A stretch of 64,000 bases of DNA from NCBI GenBank assembly GCA_041393275.1, contig JAWKKL010000002.1, forward strand, positions 13,817 to 77,816. The letters run 5' to 3'. The position numbers and the translations under genes are program-made. Source of the stretch: Bacteroidales bacterium. Lineage in GTDB: Bacteria > Bacteroidota > Bacteroidia > Bacteroidales > JAADJA01. Below the pieces are notes generated by a model. It did no database searches. It had not been told where the DNA came from and saw only the letters and a program-made list of their open reading frames with translations. Positions 62,139-64,000 of the stretch are shown piece after piece; position 1 is the stretch's first letter; the number at the start of each line of letters is the position of its first letter.

Positions 62139-62181
62139 GAACATTCCACCGTGCATGCGGTTCCTTTTGGTTTGAATGTTC
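62139..62181 (+). terminator. Nested hairpin after serA (possible terminator)
   Basis: The outer arms are GAACATTC (62139-62146) and GAATGTTC (62174-62181). The inner hairpin ACCG UGCAUG CGGU is followed by UCCUUUU. Confidence 0.4.
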
Positions 62182-62225
62182 ACTAATTTATATCTAACTG
62201 AGGTTATTAACTTAAAGAAATTATC

Positions 62226-62723
62226 ATGGACAACGATGCTACTCAAAACGTTTCTTTTTTCAGATTTGAAGACTTAAGGGTCTACCATAAATCACTGGAT
62301 TACACTGATTGGGTTTACAATGCAGTAAAAAAATTTCCAGAAACACAACCATCAAGATTAGCCGATAAATTTATTAACTCAGCACAGGCTATTTCTTTTT
62401 ACATTGCTGAAGGTTCATCACGGAACAAAAGCCAGTTTGTTCATTATTTAAAATTGGCAAAAAGTTCTATCCGCGAATGTGTTATCCTTACTACCATTTG
62501 CGAAAAACAAAATTTATTTGATATGATTGCAATTGATGAATCGAGAAATGAATTGATGGAATTAACAAAAATGACCGGGGCATTGATAGGCTCTTTGCAA
62601 AAAACAAATGGCAGGGCAAAAAATAAACATTATCAGAAAGACAAAAATTTTGATGATTACAATTATGATGCTGATTCTGATGAGTTGATCACGGTTGACA
62701 CGACCGATTATAATAAATATTAA
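62226..62723 (+). CDS. Four-helix-bundle protein (23S rRNA intervening-sequence protein / Avd-like family) with an acidic Asn/Tyr-rich C-terminal tail
   Basis: FRFEDLRVYHKSLDY......INSAQAISFYIAEGSSR...QFVHYLKLAKSSIRE matches the family pattern. An extra ~45-aa tail follows (..KNFDDYNYDADSDELITVDTTDYNKY). Confidence 0.75.
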   Translation: MDNDATQNVSFFRFEDLRVYHKSLDYTDWVYNAVKKFPETQPSRLADKFINSAQAISFYIAEGSSRNKSQFVHYLKLAKSSIRECVILTTICEKQNLFDMIAIDESRNELMELTKMTGALIGSLQKTNGRAKNKHYQKDKNFDDYNYDADSDELITVDTTDYNKY

Positions 62724-62732
62724 AAAATTAGC

Positions 62733-63978
62733 ATGGCAATATTAAAAGCATTCAAAGGGGTAAGGCCACCTGAAAAATTGGCAAAAGATGTAGCCTCAAG
62801 GCCTTATGACGTGTTAAACTCAGAAGAAGCCCGGGAAGAGGCAAAAGGAAATGAACGTTCTCTTCTTCACATCATAAAACCTGAAATTGACCTGGATCCG
62901 GATATCGATGTACATTCTGAACAAGTCTATAATAAAGCGAGAGAAAACTTTGAACTGTTCCAGTCAAAAGGCTGGCTAAAGCAGGATGAAGATGAATATT
63001 TATACATCTACGGACAAACCATGTGGGGAAAAACCCAGTATGGTTTGGTGGGATGTGCTTCGGTTGATGACTACATGAATAACATTATTAAAAAACATGA
63101 ATTGACCCGGCCCGACAAAGAAGAAGACCGGATGAAACATGTGAGGATCAACAATGCCAACCTCGAACCTGTTTTTTTCTCCTATCCTGCTCATGCCGAG
63201 CTTGATGGAATAATTAAGGATTTTGTAAAAACAAACATTCCTGTATATGATTTCGTGGCTGATGATGGAATTGGCCATCATTTCTGGGTGATAAGGGAAA
63301 AGAACAAAATTGGAAAAATCATCGAACTTTTTGCAACCATACCTGCTACTTATGTCGCTGATGGACATCATAGAACTGCTGCTGCCGCACTGGTTGGAAA
63401 AGAAAAGCGTGATAACAACCCTAACCACACAGGAAATGAAGAATATAACTTCTTTTTGGCAGTACATTTCCCTGATGATCAATTAACAATTATTGACTAC
63501 AACCGGGTTGTGAAAGATTTAAATGGATTTTCGACAGAAGATTTTATTCATTATCTTAAGAAAGGATTTGAGGTTGAACAAAAAGGGGCTGCTATTTATA
63601 AACCTGAATCGCTGCACAATTTCAGCATGTACCTCGAAGGCCAATGGTATTCGTTGACGGCCAAAGAAGGCACCTATGACGATAACGACCCCATTGGCGT
63701 ACTGGATGTTACTATTCTTTCCAATCAGGTATTAGAACCCATTTTAGGCATTGAAGATCTTCGACGTTCGACACGGATTGATTTTGTTGGAGGAATTCGG
63801 GACTTGGCGAACTTAAAAACGGGTAGATTCAGGCGAAATGAAAGTGGCCTTTGCCCTCTATCCTGTTTCTATGAAACAATTGATTGATATTGCCGATACC
63901 GGAAATATTATGCCGCCTAAAACCACCTGGTTTGAACCCAAATTAAGAAGCGGACTGGTTATACATAAGCTTGATTAG
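62733..63978 (+). CDS. DUF1015 family protein (frame broken near the 3' end as sequenced)
   Basis: MAILKAFKGVRP...ASRPYDVL...HELTRPDKEEDR...ADGHHR. After about 63810-63830 the true frame continues VDSGEMKVAFALYPVSMKQLIDIADTGNIMPPKTTWFEPKLRSGL to TAG 63976-63978. Confidence 0.8.
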
Positions 63979-64000
63979 GATTTTTTTAAACGAATTTAAG

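Noticed and set aside
62226-62723. Avd-like four-helix-bundle gene as a marker of a diversity-generating retroelement
   Set aside because: No reverse transcriptase gene or template/variable repeat pair is visible within the window.
1-64000. Search by eye for CRISPR arrays, tRNA/rRNA genes, IS elements, integrases, toxin-antitoxin or known defence modules
   Set aside because: None was recognised. Intergenic regions are short and are accounted for by promoters, terminators and leaders. A tRNAscan or Infernal run would be needed to exclude small RNAs formally.

Overview
AT-rich chromosome segment of Bacteroidota type: several proteins end in T9SS C-terminal sorting domains, many genes are preceded by TAnnTTTG -7 boxes, and the str-S10-spc ribosomal cluster lacks tuf. 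Layout: (1) 15-8537, minus strand, rpsL-rpsG-fusA-rpsJ-rplCDWB-rpsS-rplV-rpsC-rplP-rpmC-rpsQ-rplN. (2) 8.9-14.6 kb, a GH13 amylase with a T9SS-sorted tandem-domain protein, a truncated spermidine-synthase-like membrane gene, a lipoprotein C26 amidotransferase and a lipoprotein mutarotase. (3) 14.6-23.7 kb, two paralogous giant modular surface proteins. (4) 23.9-30 kb, ppk2, galK, an SDR, a radical SAM enzyme and a T9SS-sorted M23 peptidase. (5) 30-36 kb, guaA, a LysM/PBP protein, nusB and a lipoprotein, all riddled with frame breaks. (6) 36-41.6 kb, AMMECR1, SPFH, a polytopic membrane protein, an HMG-CoA-lyase-like gene and an FG-GAP T9SS protein. (7) 42-48.3 kb, an SH-type NAD-linked [NiFe] hydrogenase operon hoxF-U-Y-H-W with a co-transcribed DHOD-like flavoprotein, followed by an HDAC-like gene and a His-rich metal transporter. 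(8) 50.8-64 kb, csp, a PLP lyase with an Lrp regulator, a serine hydrolase, an SDR, thrB, a DapA-family gene, and serC-serA-(four-helix-bundle gene)-DUF1015. I recognised no rRNA, tRNA, CRISPR array, transposase, integrase or known defence system. The points most worth a second look are the hydrogenase operon with its extra flavoprotein and palindromic operator candidate, the giant paralogous surface proteins, and a patchy distribution of indel frame breaks that hits even rplN, rpsQ, guaA and nusB. That pattern argues for local sequence-quality problems rather than true gene decay. All calls come from manual reading of the sequence and ORF track; no searches were run.
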